DNA of 32,000 nucleotides, from the NCBI GenBank assembly GCA_016933055.1, contig JAFGBS010000009.1, positions 660,001 through 692,000 of the forward strand. The letters are read 5' to 3'. Below the pieces are notes generated by a model, which worked only from the letters and a program-made list of their open reading frames with translations, did no database searches and was not told the DNA's origin. Made by a program: the position numbers and the translations under genes. This document shows positions 18,326-26,262 of this stretch, piece by piece. This DNA is from Promethearchaeota archaeon. GTDB lineage: Archaea; Asgardarchaeota; Lokiarchaeia; Sigyniarchaeales; Promethearchaeaceae. Position 1 is the stretch's first letter, and each line of letters begins with the position of its first letter.

Positions 18326-19288
18326 TTATCCTTGCAAAGAATTAATTTTGTTTTTAAAACGTGCCCGTTTTTCAAGGTCTTCCTCTTTTTCAGCAACTTC
18401 CATTAAAGCTTTTATAATTTCATCTCGGGATTGGAAGATTGACTTCATCATTTCCTGTACTCGTTGATCCTTGGGACGTAGAAGGAAAGTCTTAGCTACT
18501 GCGGCCGGACCAATGTGGATTATTGCTTTTACGCTTTCTTCAACGACTTCTTCATATGGATCCTGCAATTTATGAATAAGTGCTTCTACAGCTCGAGGAT
18601 CACCAATCTGACCCAATGCTATTGCAGCATCTCTTCTCATATACCAAATTTTATCATTTAACGCCTCTATTAGAGCTGGTACCGCTTTTTCTGAACCTAT
18701 GTTTCCTAAAGAAAGTGCTACAGCACAGCGAACGGTTCCCGTATCATCGTTTAATTCTGCTACTAAACCGCCTACTGCAGATTCATCCTTAATTTCACCC
18801 AAAGCTTTGATTGCGTTAATCTGTACATCATGATATCGCATTCCTTCTGTTTTCAAAGTTTCTGTTACGGGTTTATCTTGATCAACATAAGAGTCAGAAC
18901 CTGATTCTGTATATACTTTTGCCCCCCCTCCTTTAATTAACCGCAACAATGGCTGAACTGCACGGGAATCTTTTATTTTTCCCAAAGCCCATGCCGCATT
19001 TAATTTTACATAATAATCATCTTCGAATAAAGCTTCACTCAGGGCGTTTACTGCTTGTGGGTCTCCTATTTTCCCTAATGTACGAGCTATATTATTACGT
19101 ATAACATTATTTGGTTCACTTGGAAGCATATGGATGAGCTCAGACACCGCACTTGCAGCTTTCTCTCGTTTTTCTCCTAAGGAAAATACAGCTTTTTTTC
19201 TAATATCTTCATTAGGATTCTTTAGATCACATATCCATTGAGCAATTTGAGGGTCCACTGGTTCCGACATTCTTTCTGTTCTTTCCAT
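18326..19288 (-). CDS. HEAT-repeat (PBS-lyase/EZ-type) protein
   Basis: Repeated units AV.AL..AL.D....VR..AA.ALG.IGD..AV. Start is probably ATG 19288 or 19270; the track's GTG 19342 looks over-extended. Confidence 0.85.
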   Translation of the reverse strand: MERTERMSEPVDPQIAQWICDLKNPNEDIRKKAVFSLGEKREKAASAVSELIHMLPSEPNNVIRNNIARTLGKIGDPQAVNALSEALFEDDYYVKLNAAWALGKIKDSRAVQPLLRLIKGGGAKVYTESGSDSYVDQDKPVTETLKTEGMRYHDVQINAIKALGEIKDESAVGGLVAELNDDTGTVRCAVALSLGNIGSEKAVPALIEALNDKIWYMRRDAAIALGQIGDPRAVEALIHKLQDPYEEVVEESVKAIIHIGPAAVAKTFLLRPKDQRVQEMMKSIFQSRDEIIKALMEVAEKEEDLEKRARFKNKINSLQG

Positions 19289-19453
19289 GTAGTTTATTCT
19301 TAATATGCGAAGATTATTAATATAATTTGTCTCATTTCCCACTTATATCGAACGTTCGCAACCTCTAATTTAAGTTAGTAAATTGGGAATAAATACTTAT
19401 TAACGTGTGGTTTTTATTACATTACTAAAGACTGTAAAAACTGGGTTTAGATA

Positions 19454-19990
19454 GTGAGTAAAGAGGCTGTAAACTACCAACAAAATTATGTGTTAAAGGT
19501 TTGTGTCGTAGGAAACGGTGGCGTGGGTAAAACTTCAATAGTAATGCAGTATTGCGATGGTGTGTTTAGAGAGAATTATATAATGACCATAGGATCAAAT
19601 TTCGCAGTGAAAAACCTTCCTCTACCTGACTTGAACACCTATGTAAAATTACAGTTATGGGATATTGCCGGACAGAAACATTTCTCTTTTGTTCGACCCC
19701 CATTTTACCGTGGTGCTTCTGCAATTATCTACGTTTTCGATATCACGCGAAGAGATTCCTTTTTGGATATTCCCAATTGGAAAACCGAAGTGGAGCGTAT
19801 TGTTTCAGACAAACCTTTCATTTTAATTGCTAACAAAACAGATCTGGCAGATGAACGTGTGGTTTCTAAGAAAGAAGGAGAAACTTTAGCGAAAGAAATT
19901 GGTGCTTTGAAATATTTTGAAACCAGTGCAAAAGAATTTGATAACATAGATGAGCCTTTCTTATTTCTTACAGAAAAAATGCTGGAATAA
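19454..19990 (+). CDS. Rab-like small GTPase (Ras superfamily)
   Basis: G1 GNGGVGKT, G2 MTIG, G3 WDIAGQ, G4 NKTD, G5 ETSAK; RabF-like IGSNF, KLQLW, FYRGA, YVFDIT; no C-terminal Cys. GTG start. Confidence 0.93.
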   Translation: MSKEAVNYQQNYVLKVCVVGNGGVGKTSIVMQYCDGVFRENYIMTIGSNFAVKNLPLPDLNTYVKLQLWDIAGQKHFSFVRPPFYRGASAIIYVFDITRRDSFLDIPNWKTEVERIVSDKPFILIANKTDLADERVVSKKEGETLAKEIGALKYFETSAKEFDNIDEPFLFLTEKMLE

Positions 19991-20010
19991 ATGCTTATCG
20001 GGATAATCCT

Positions 20011-20571
20011 ATGAGTCCAAAAAAACGTGAATATATCGATCCTGAAATTACCAATTTACGTATTCCGAACATTTCGAATCCTCCTTCTTCTGATGGTTCT
20101 GATGATTTCACTATTATCCAATTGAACACTTTACAAAATCGCACCCGAGAATTGGATCGAATTACCCAGATGGCACGCGAAGGAGTGTTTCGAAAAAATC
20201 TTCTTCTTCTTAGAAAAGAGAGAAATTTATTAACGGCTATCCAACATGAACAACTTAGGAATTTCGAAACTGCAGCTCTTTGCTACGAACGAGCAGCCAC
20301 TTTTGCTGAACGTTTAGATTTATTTGATGAATCAAACCTTTATCGTCAAAAATACAAAAGCATTCAAAAGAAACATCGAAAAATGGAAAAATCTCGTAGA
20401 AAGAAACCAATGCATAATAAGAAGGATACTGGGAGATATAGTAACGATGTTCTCGAATCGAAACCGATTTTACCCAAAGGTGTAACCATTCCCATTGTGC
20501 ATAAAGCTATCGCAGAGAAATTCCAAAAAATGCGTAGTGAATTAGAAGAAGATGAAGAAGAGTTATTTTAA
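20011..20571 (+). CDS. Hypothetical protein with central MIT/TPR-like helical hairpin and charged low-complexity termini
   Basis: 186-aa ORF 20 nt after the GTPase stop, same strand; contains AIQHEQLRNFETAALCYERAA; acidic C-terminus EEDEEELF. Confidence 0.7.
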   Translation: MSPKKREYIDPEITNLRIPNISNPPSSDGSDDFTIIQLNTLQNRTRELDRITQMAREGVFRKNLLLLRKERNLLTAIQHEQLRNFETAALCYERAATFAERLDLFDESNLYRQKYKSIQKKHRKMEKSRRKKPMHNKKDTGRYSNDVLESKPILPKGVTIPIVHKAIAEKFQKMRSELEEDEEELF

Positions 20572-20593
20572 TTTCTCTAATTCTATACTATTG

Positions 20594-20601
20594 TTTTTTT
20601 T
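20594..20601 (+). terminator. Oligo-T (T8) archaeal-type terminator candidate
   Basis: T8 tract 22 nt after the stop of the 20011-20571 CDS. Confidence 0.45.
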
Positions 20602-20763
20602 ATTTAGAATAAAATACCTATTCAGTATCTAGTTGATTGAACATTCTTTTCCAAAATCCCCGATTTGTGATAAATAATACAATATTCGCTAATAGCTGGA
20701 TAAGTAATCTTTTTTGGTTGGTATTGACACTAGTTCCTAGAATCAATAGAAAATTGATGTTTG

Positions 20764-21387
20764 ATGGGAACACTAAAAAAATTCGCTGATTGGTTAAGCG
20801 GGAATAATAAGAACACACCGCAAAAAATGATCACTAAGCTAACAATCTTCCAAAAACGGTTACAGAGACAATCTGCAAAATTGAATTCCCAAGCACGGAT
20901 AGCAAGACGGAAAGCAGTCGAATTCCGGAAAAAAGGTGATGTTTCAGCAAGTCGCGTACACATGCGATCTTCACTTCAGCAAAAGAATTGGGCTGTTGGA
21001 ATTGATAATTATGTTTTACAGATTCAAGGTTTACAATTCAAATTAGAGCAGGCAAAGGCAGTGGGAGATATCAATGAAATTATGAAAGGCATAGCCAAAG
21101 TCGTTGGTCAACTCCAAACTGTAGTCAGTGCGCCCCAAATCAATGAATTAATTGAGGAGATAGATCTGGGGATGCAAGATTTTGATGTTATGCAGGAAAT
21201 GACCGCCTCTGGCATGGAAGCTATGCAAGTAAGCACAGAAGTCACTGATGCGGATATTGATAAAGCGTTACAAGAAGTAGATGCAGAAATATCGATTGAA
21301 ACTGGGGAAGCACTACCCTCAGCAGTCGGAGATAGCAAAATATCTGATTTAGAGAAAGAAATAAAACGTTTAAAAGAAAATAAATAA
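20764..21387 (+). CDS. ESCRT-III protein, Vps2/24/46 (CHMP1-3)-like Snf7-family subunit
   Basis: Basic N-terminal helical hairpin (QKRLQRQSAKL...ARRKAVEFRKKGD...SRVHMRS), acidic C-half (EVTDADIDKALQEVDAE), terminal ISDLEKEIKRLK resembling MIM1. ATG 20764 preferred over TTG 20761. Confidence 0.85.
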   Translation: MGTLKKFADWLSGNNKNTPQKMITKLTIFQKRLQRQSAKLNSQARIARRKAVEFRKKGDVSASRVHMRSSLQQKNWAVGIDNYVLQIQGLQFKLEQAKAVGDINEIMKGIAKVVGQLQTVVSAPQINELIEEIDLGMQDFDVMQEMTASGMEAMQVSTEVTDADIDKALQEVDAEISIETGEALPSAVGDSKISDLEKEIKRLKENK

Positions 21388-21404
21388 TATTTTTCCCATC
21401 TTAC

Positions 21405-21935
21405 CTACTTTTTTTGAGAATAAAAATCCTCGAGTTTCATTTTAATTATTTCTAGGTATTCTCTAACTTGGTGTAAGAGATCTTCATATTCTTTTTCAGT
21501 TTTCACGAAATATGGATCGGGAATATCTTTACGCTCTCCGATAGCCATGTTTGAAATTTGTACAAACTTATCGCGATGTTGCTTTGGAGTCAACAATTTA
21601 TGGGAATGCGACATACCTATTATTAGATCCGCTTCTTCCAACATATTCGGATAATCTTTTTTATAACGTGGGATATGCTTATTCACTTCTTGTTCATCAA
21701 ATCCTTCCTTAACCAATACTTTAGTAGTTCGAGGATCAATTTGAGAATTTTTAAACTGCAATCCTCCTGAATGAATCTTGAGACCATTGTCCTTCAGAAC
21801 AGGGGATTCTTTCACCATTTTACTGAAAACATAATCAGCGTAAGCACTTCTGCATATATTTCCGCTGCACACCCATAAAATATTAAGAGGTTTTTTTGGG
21901 GAGAATTGACTTAAAACATCCGTAGAGGTACTCAT
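21405..21935 (-). CDS. Low-molecular-weight protein tyrosine phosphatase family protein
   Basis: P-loop VCSGNICRS and general-acid loop DIPDPY. Start placed at ATG 21935 (MSTSTD); the track's upstream 38 aa look non-homologous. Confidence 0.88.
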   Translation of the reverse strand: MSTSTDVLSQFSPKKPLNILWVCSGNICRSAYADYVFSKMVKESPVLKDNGLKIHSGGLQFKNSQIDPRTTKVLVKEGFDEQEVNKHIPRYKKDYPNMLEEADLIIGMSHSHKLLTPKQHRDKFVQISNMAIGERKDIPDPYFVKTEKEYEDLLHQVREYLEIIKMKLEDFYSQKK

Positions 21936-22033
21936 AAATGGAGATAGGAGAGATATTTTATAAATTAGGTCGTGTTGTGATTTACATCTTAGTAATATAG
22001 TGAGATTGCATTTCCATAAAATCAAAATCGGAG

Positions 22034-22505
22034 ATGGGATACAATACAATACAAATTATGTGGGGTGGGGGGGACGTTTGACCATTTGCATCTACATGAT
22101 GGACATAAATTATTGTTAAAAACCGCATTTCGTCTTGGTAAGCATGTTGCTATTGGTCTTGTAACTGATGAATTCGCCAAAGAAAAAGAATTTGCGAACT
22201 TAATCGAACCATACACAGTGAGAGAAAAAAATATCATAAAATATATTAGTTCAATAAATCCCGAATATTCAAACCGATGCACTATAATCCCTCTTAAGGA
22301 TTCCTTTGGTCCCTCGATCACGAATCCAGACATTGAAATCCATGTATCCAGCGAAGAAACTTACAAAGTAGCATTCGAAATAAATGAAATTCGGGCTCAA
22401 AGAGGATTACAACGGATGGTTATTGTTATTATTCCTCTTGTTCTTGGTGAGGATGGAACGAGAATTTCTTCTACGAAAATTCGAAAAAAACTCAGTAAGT
22501 TATAG
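22034..22505 (+). CDS. coaD: Archaeal-type phosphopantetheine adenylyltransferase; 5' end lacks an in-frame canonical start
   Basis: GGTFDHLH..HDGH, IGLVTDEF, DSFGP, VSSEET, EINEIR..RGL, RISSTKIR. The conserved YKLCGV strand lies upstream of the track's GTG 22065; the nearest ATG (22034) is out of frame. Confidence 0.8.
22039..22053 (+). repeat. Pentanucleotide tandem repeat (ATACA)3 inside the coaD 5' end
   Basis: ATACA at 22039-43, 22044-48 and 22049-53, followed by a G4-T-G7 tract at 22062-22073. Confidence 0.85.
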
Positions 22506-22631
22506 CCTTTAATTGATCTCATTTTTTTCCTTGCTTAATCCTAAAGTTAAAAGGGAATTTTTTATTACAACAAAGTGCGAGTGGCACAACCCACACGCTA
22601 AATAGTTAGTCCAAAAAGAAGTGAGACATGA

Positions 22632-24188
22632 ATGACACAATTGCGTATAAAAGAAATTAGTCTTCATGTTCTTAAGGAATTGCGGAAATTCAATAAACCA
22701 ATCGAAGCACGCGATTTATCCAAGAAAACTGGATTGGAATACGAGGTCCTCATGACCCAAGCAATTCATGAGCTTCAAACTTTGGAATCACCCTTGGTGG
22801 ATTTCAAGGAAAAAGAAGTAACAGAGTTAATTCCAACTGAAGAACTGAAAGACTATGTAAAAAATGGACTGCCAGAACGGCAATTAGTAAACTTTCTTGT
22901 GGATAACCAGTTTGATGAAATTTCGATTGAAGAATTTCAAACACTTATGGAAATGGACAAATCCTTTTTCTTTATTGGACTAACTAATGCGAAGAGAAAT
23001 CGATGGATAATGCAATCCAATGCAACTGACTCACCTACTATATATCTGAATAACCAAGAAGCCCCTCTCTCAAACCTTGAAAAATTAATTGAGAAATTTA
23101 AGAGGGAAACAGTAACTGTGGAGGAACTCCCGAAAGAACTCAAAGATGAAGTCAACCAATTACTCAAAAGAAAACTTGTGACCAAAAAAACGTATACAAA
23201 TAGAACAATAATTTTAACAGAACTAGGGAAGAAAATTGACCTTGATTCCTTCATGGTTATTGGAGAAGAAATCCCAAGGTTAACCGCAGAAATGCTTTCG
23301 GACGGCTCATGGCGAGAAAACATTCATAAACTTAAAAAATTTGAAGTACAAAATGCAGGTCCTCGTCTATGTGCAGGAAAACTTCATCCTATGACCGTAT
23401 TGATAAACAAAGCACGAGAAGTGTTTCTGTCAATGGGATTCACGGAAATCAAAGGACCTATAGTAGAATCTGCATTTTATAATTTTGATGCATTATTTCA
23501 ACCCCAAGATCATCCCGCTCGGGAAATGCACGATACGTTCTATCTAAAACATCCGGCAAAGGCAAAATTACCCTCTAAAAAAATAGTTAATGCTGTTAAA
23601 AAAACACATGAAGGCGGGGGTAATTCAAAATCTCTTGGTTGGGGAGGAAAATGGAGTTCCGAAATTGCAAAAAGAGTGCTCCTAAGAACCCATACTACTG
23701 CTACTACGATACGAAGATTATCTAAAATTGCACAAAATAAGGAATCTCTTCCAGTAAAAGTATTTTCCTTGGATCGAGTATTTCGTAATGAAAGTGTGGA
23801 TGCAACTCATCTTGCCGAATTCATGCAAATTGAAGGCATAGTAGTTGGAAAGAACCTCAATTTATCTCACCTCAAAGGTTATCTGACGGAATTTTATAAG
23901 AAAATGGGATTTGAGAAGTTGATCATGCATCCAGATTTTTTCCCTTACACCGAGCCCTCCCTCGGTGTGACCGTGTATGTAGAAACTCTTGGTAAATGGC
24001 ATGAAATGGGGGGGAGTGGTATTTTTCGTCCAGAAGTCACTTATCCTCTGGGCATAAAGGAACCTATTCGAGTCCTAGCGTGGGGAATGGGATTTGAGCG
24101 CTTAGCAATGCTTTCGTTACAGAGAAATGATATACGAGATTTGTACCGGAGTCCACTGAAATGGCTCAAAGAAATCCCATACAATTAG
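22632..24188 (+). CDS. pheS: Phenylalanine-tRNA ligase alpha subunit (archaeal/eukaryotic type, long N-terminal domains)
   Basis: HPAREMHDTFY, LLRTHTT, motif 2 VFRNESVDATHLAEF, FPYTEPS, motif 3 WGMGFERLAM. Confidence 0.97.
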   Translation: MTQLRIKEISLHVLKELRKFNKPIEARDLSKKTGLEYEVLMTQAIHELQTLESPLVDFKEKEVTELIPTEELKDYVKNGLPERQLVNFLVDNQFDEISIEEFQTLMEMDKSFFFIGLTNAKRNRWIMQSNATDSPTIYLNNQEAPLSNLEKLIEKFKRETVTVEELPKELKDEVNQLLKRKLVTKKTYTNRTIILTELGKKIDLDSFMVIGEEIPRLTAEMLSDGSWRENIHKLKKFEVQNAGPRLCAGKLHPMTVLINKAREVFLSMGFTEIKGPIVESAFYNFDALFQPQDHPAREMHDTFYLKHPAKAKLPSKKIVNAVKKTHEGGGNSKSLGWGGKWSSEIAKRVLLRTHTTATTIRRLSKIAQNKESLPVKVFSLDRVFRNESVDATHLAEFMQIEGIVVGKNLNLSHLKGYLTEFYKKMGFEKLIMHPDFFPYTEPSLGVTVYVETLGKWHEMGGSGIFRPEVTYPLGIKEPIRVLAWGMGFERLAMLSLQRNDIRDLYRSPLKWLKEIPYN

Positions 24189-24199
24189 GAGGTTGAAAA

Positions 24200-25903
24200 A
24201 TGCCAACACTCGATTTTACCATAAAACAAATGTCCAAATTAGTCGGGAGAGAACTTTCTATTGAAGAACTGGAATCAGATCTACAGTGGATAGCATTAGA
24301 TATAGAAGCGATTGACGAAAAAGATGGAGTTATAAAAGTGGAATATCAACCTAATCGACCCGATTATTCATCCCCGGAGGGAATCGCTCGTGCACTTAAA
24401 GGATATTATGAATTAGAAATGGGATTAGCTCAATTTGAAGTTAGAGAAAATTCCGATCTAATTTGTTTGGTGGATAATAAAGTCAAAAAAATTCGTCCGT
24501 ATATTGTGATGTGTGCAATTAAGGATATACATATGGATGAAGAACAAGTCGCCACTTTAATGAATATTCAAGAAGCTTTACACCATGCACTAGGTAGAGG
24601 TCGTCAAAAAGTAGCTATTGGAGTGCATGATTTTGATAAAGTTAATCCTCCTTATCAATATACAACTGTAAAGCCTAATGCGATTAAGTTTCGACCACTA
24701 CAAATGGAGAAACTTGAGTTGACACCTCAGGAAATACTTGAAGAACACCCCAAAGGAATTGAATACGCTCACATTGTGAATCAATTTGAGGAATACCCTA
24801 TTATTTTCGATCGGGATAATAATGTTATTTCCTTTCCCCCCATTATTAATGGGATATTAACCACTGTTACTGATAAGACTCGCAATATTCTGTTAGATTT
24901 GACAGGAACAGACCTTCGTTTGGTCACTTATTCCATGAATATTCTTGTCACTACTTTTGCGGATATGGGGGGGAAAATAGAATCCGCTAAGGTAGTGAGT
25001 TTTGATGGTACAGAAAAATGTTATCCTGATTTAACTCCTGAAAAATGGACAATTAAAAAGAGCTATATTAATTCGTATATTGGGCTAGAATTAACCTCGG
25101 AAGAGATGATCCATTGTCTAAAAAAGTGCCGAATGGATGCATTTCCAGGTAAGAAAAAAGGAACCTTAGAGGTGTTTGTTCCAGCTTATCGTTCAGACTT
25201 TATTCATGAAGTAGATTTCACTGAAGAAGTCGCTACAGGGTATAACTATAAGCAAATTGAACCGGTCTTATATGAGGGAGGAAGTATAGGTAGCTATCAT
25301 CCGATATTTAAGCTCCAAGATAAAGTAAAGCAGATAATGGTAGGTGCTGGATATCTGGAGACATTTAACTTTATGTTAACTGCAAGAGAAACCTATAAAA
25401 CATTGAAGATTCCCTTTGATGAAAAGCATAATGTTATAATAGACAATCCCGTCTCCAAAGAATATAATACCACACGCACTATGTTAATGCCGGTACTTAT
25501 GCGTTTACTGCAGTTCAACCGTTCCGAAGAAAAGCCTATCAAAATTTTCGAAGTGGGGGATGTGATAATATTCGATGCCTCATCGGAAACTGGAGCCACA
25601 CAGAAATTACATGTATGTGCTTTAACACACCATTCTTCAGCGGAATTTACCGAAATTCGAAGTCTCCTTGATTTTCTCACTCAAACACTCGGAATTTGGA
25701 ATGATTTAGAGGTGAAACCTTCTGATAATCCAACATTTATATCAGGTCGTACGGGTGAAATTTGGATAAAAAATTCTAGAGTAGGAATAATTGGAGAGAT
25801 CCATCCCGAAGTTTTAGAAAATTTTGGTTTACGATTTCCCGTAGCCATTTTTGAATTGGATCTATCTCTCGTATTACCTGAAAAAGATCAACAGCTAGAA
25901 TAA
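24200..25903 (+). CDS. pheT: Phenylalanine-tRNA ligase beta subunit (archaeal type)
   Basis: PNRPDYSSPEG, RQKVAIGVHD, SFPPIIN, RSDFIHEVDFTEEVA, GIIGEIHPEVLENFGL; SD GGAGGT at 24188-24193. Confidence 0.97.
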   Translation: MPTLDFTIKQMSKLVGRELSIEELESDLQWIALDIEAIDEKDGVIKVEYQPNRPDYSSPEGIARALKGYYELEMGLAQFEVRENSDLICLVDNKVKKIRPYIVMCAIKDIHMDEEQVATLMNIQEALHHALGRGRQKVAIGVHDFDKVNPPYQYTTVKPNAIKFRPLQMEKLELTPQEILEEHPKGIEYAHIVNQFEEYPIIFDRDNNVISFPPIINGILTTVTDKTRNILLDLTGTDLRLVTYSMNILVTTFADMGGKIESAKVVSFDGTEKCYPDLTPEKWTIKKSYINSYIGLELTSEEMIHCLKKCRMDAFPGKKKGTLEVFVPAYRSDFIHEVDFTEEVATGYNYKQIEPVLYEGGSIGSYHPIFKLQDKVKQIMVGAGYLETFNFMLTARETYKTLKIPFDEKHNVIIDNPVSKEYNTTRTMLMPVLMRLLQFNRSEEKPIKIFEVGDVIIFDASSETGATQKLHVCALTHHSSAEFTEIRSLLDFLTQTLGIWNDLEVKPSDNPTFISGRTGEIWIKNSRVGIIGEIHPEVLENFGLRFPVAIFELDLSLVLPEKDQQLE

Positions 25904-25913
25904 TTTTTTTTTT
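25904..25913 (+). terminator. Oligo-T (T10) terminator candidate of pheST
   Basis: T10 immediately after the pheT stop, in a convergent gap with secE. Confidence 0.55.
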
Positions 25914-25963
25914 CAATTTCAATTAATTCTTGTTTCGTAAAAATAAGATGAAGGGGATAATTG

Positions 25964-26155
25964 TTAATCAAAAGCTCTGGTGATCACTTCAGAGATTAAT
26001 TGTATAATGTAACTAAGCCCACCGATAATAGCTAATCCAACAAGAGAAATTTTTACCGTCAATCCAAATTCCTTTTTTGTCGGTTTTCTACCAGTTTGAA
26101 AAATTCTCTTGGTTTCTAGCCAGAATTTTTCGAGTCGAGATAGTAGTTTTGCCAT
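25964..26155 (-). CDS. secE: Protein translocase SecE/Sec61-gamma
   Basis: 63 aa; RIFQTGRKPTKKEF signature followed by one C-terminal TM helix (ISLVGLAIIGGLSYIIQLI). Confidence 0.92.
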   Translation of the reverse strand: MAKLLSRLEKFWLETKRIFQTGRKPTKKEFGLTVKISLVGLAIIGGLSYIIQLISEVITRAFD

Positions 26156-26173
26156 ATGTACTCACTTAATTAG

Positions 26174-26198
26174 AAAAAAAAGGATCAAATGATCCTTT
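26174..26198 (-). terminator. Hairpin plus U8 element between dnaG and secE
   Basis: Minus strand AAAGGATC-ATTT-GATCCTTT (8-bp stem, 26179-26198) running into a T8 tract (plus-strand A8 at 26174-26181). Confidence 0.5.
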
Positions 26199-26262
26199 GT
26201 GATTGTTTTTTGTTCATATTATTATAATTTTATTCTTTCCGATCAATTTATCACCAAACATT

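Noticed and set aside
19349-19358. 10-bp palindrome CGAACGTTCG between the HEAT and GTPase genes
   Set aside because: Single short occurrence with no spacer or second copy; compatible with chance in 32 kb.
22062-22073. G4-T-G7 homopolymer as the cause of the coaD frameshift
   Set aside because: Conserved residues on both sides (YKLCGV and GGTFD) are already in the same frame; the break lies upstream in the ATACA repeat.
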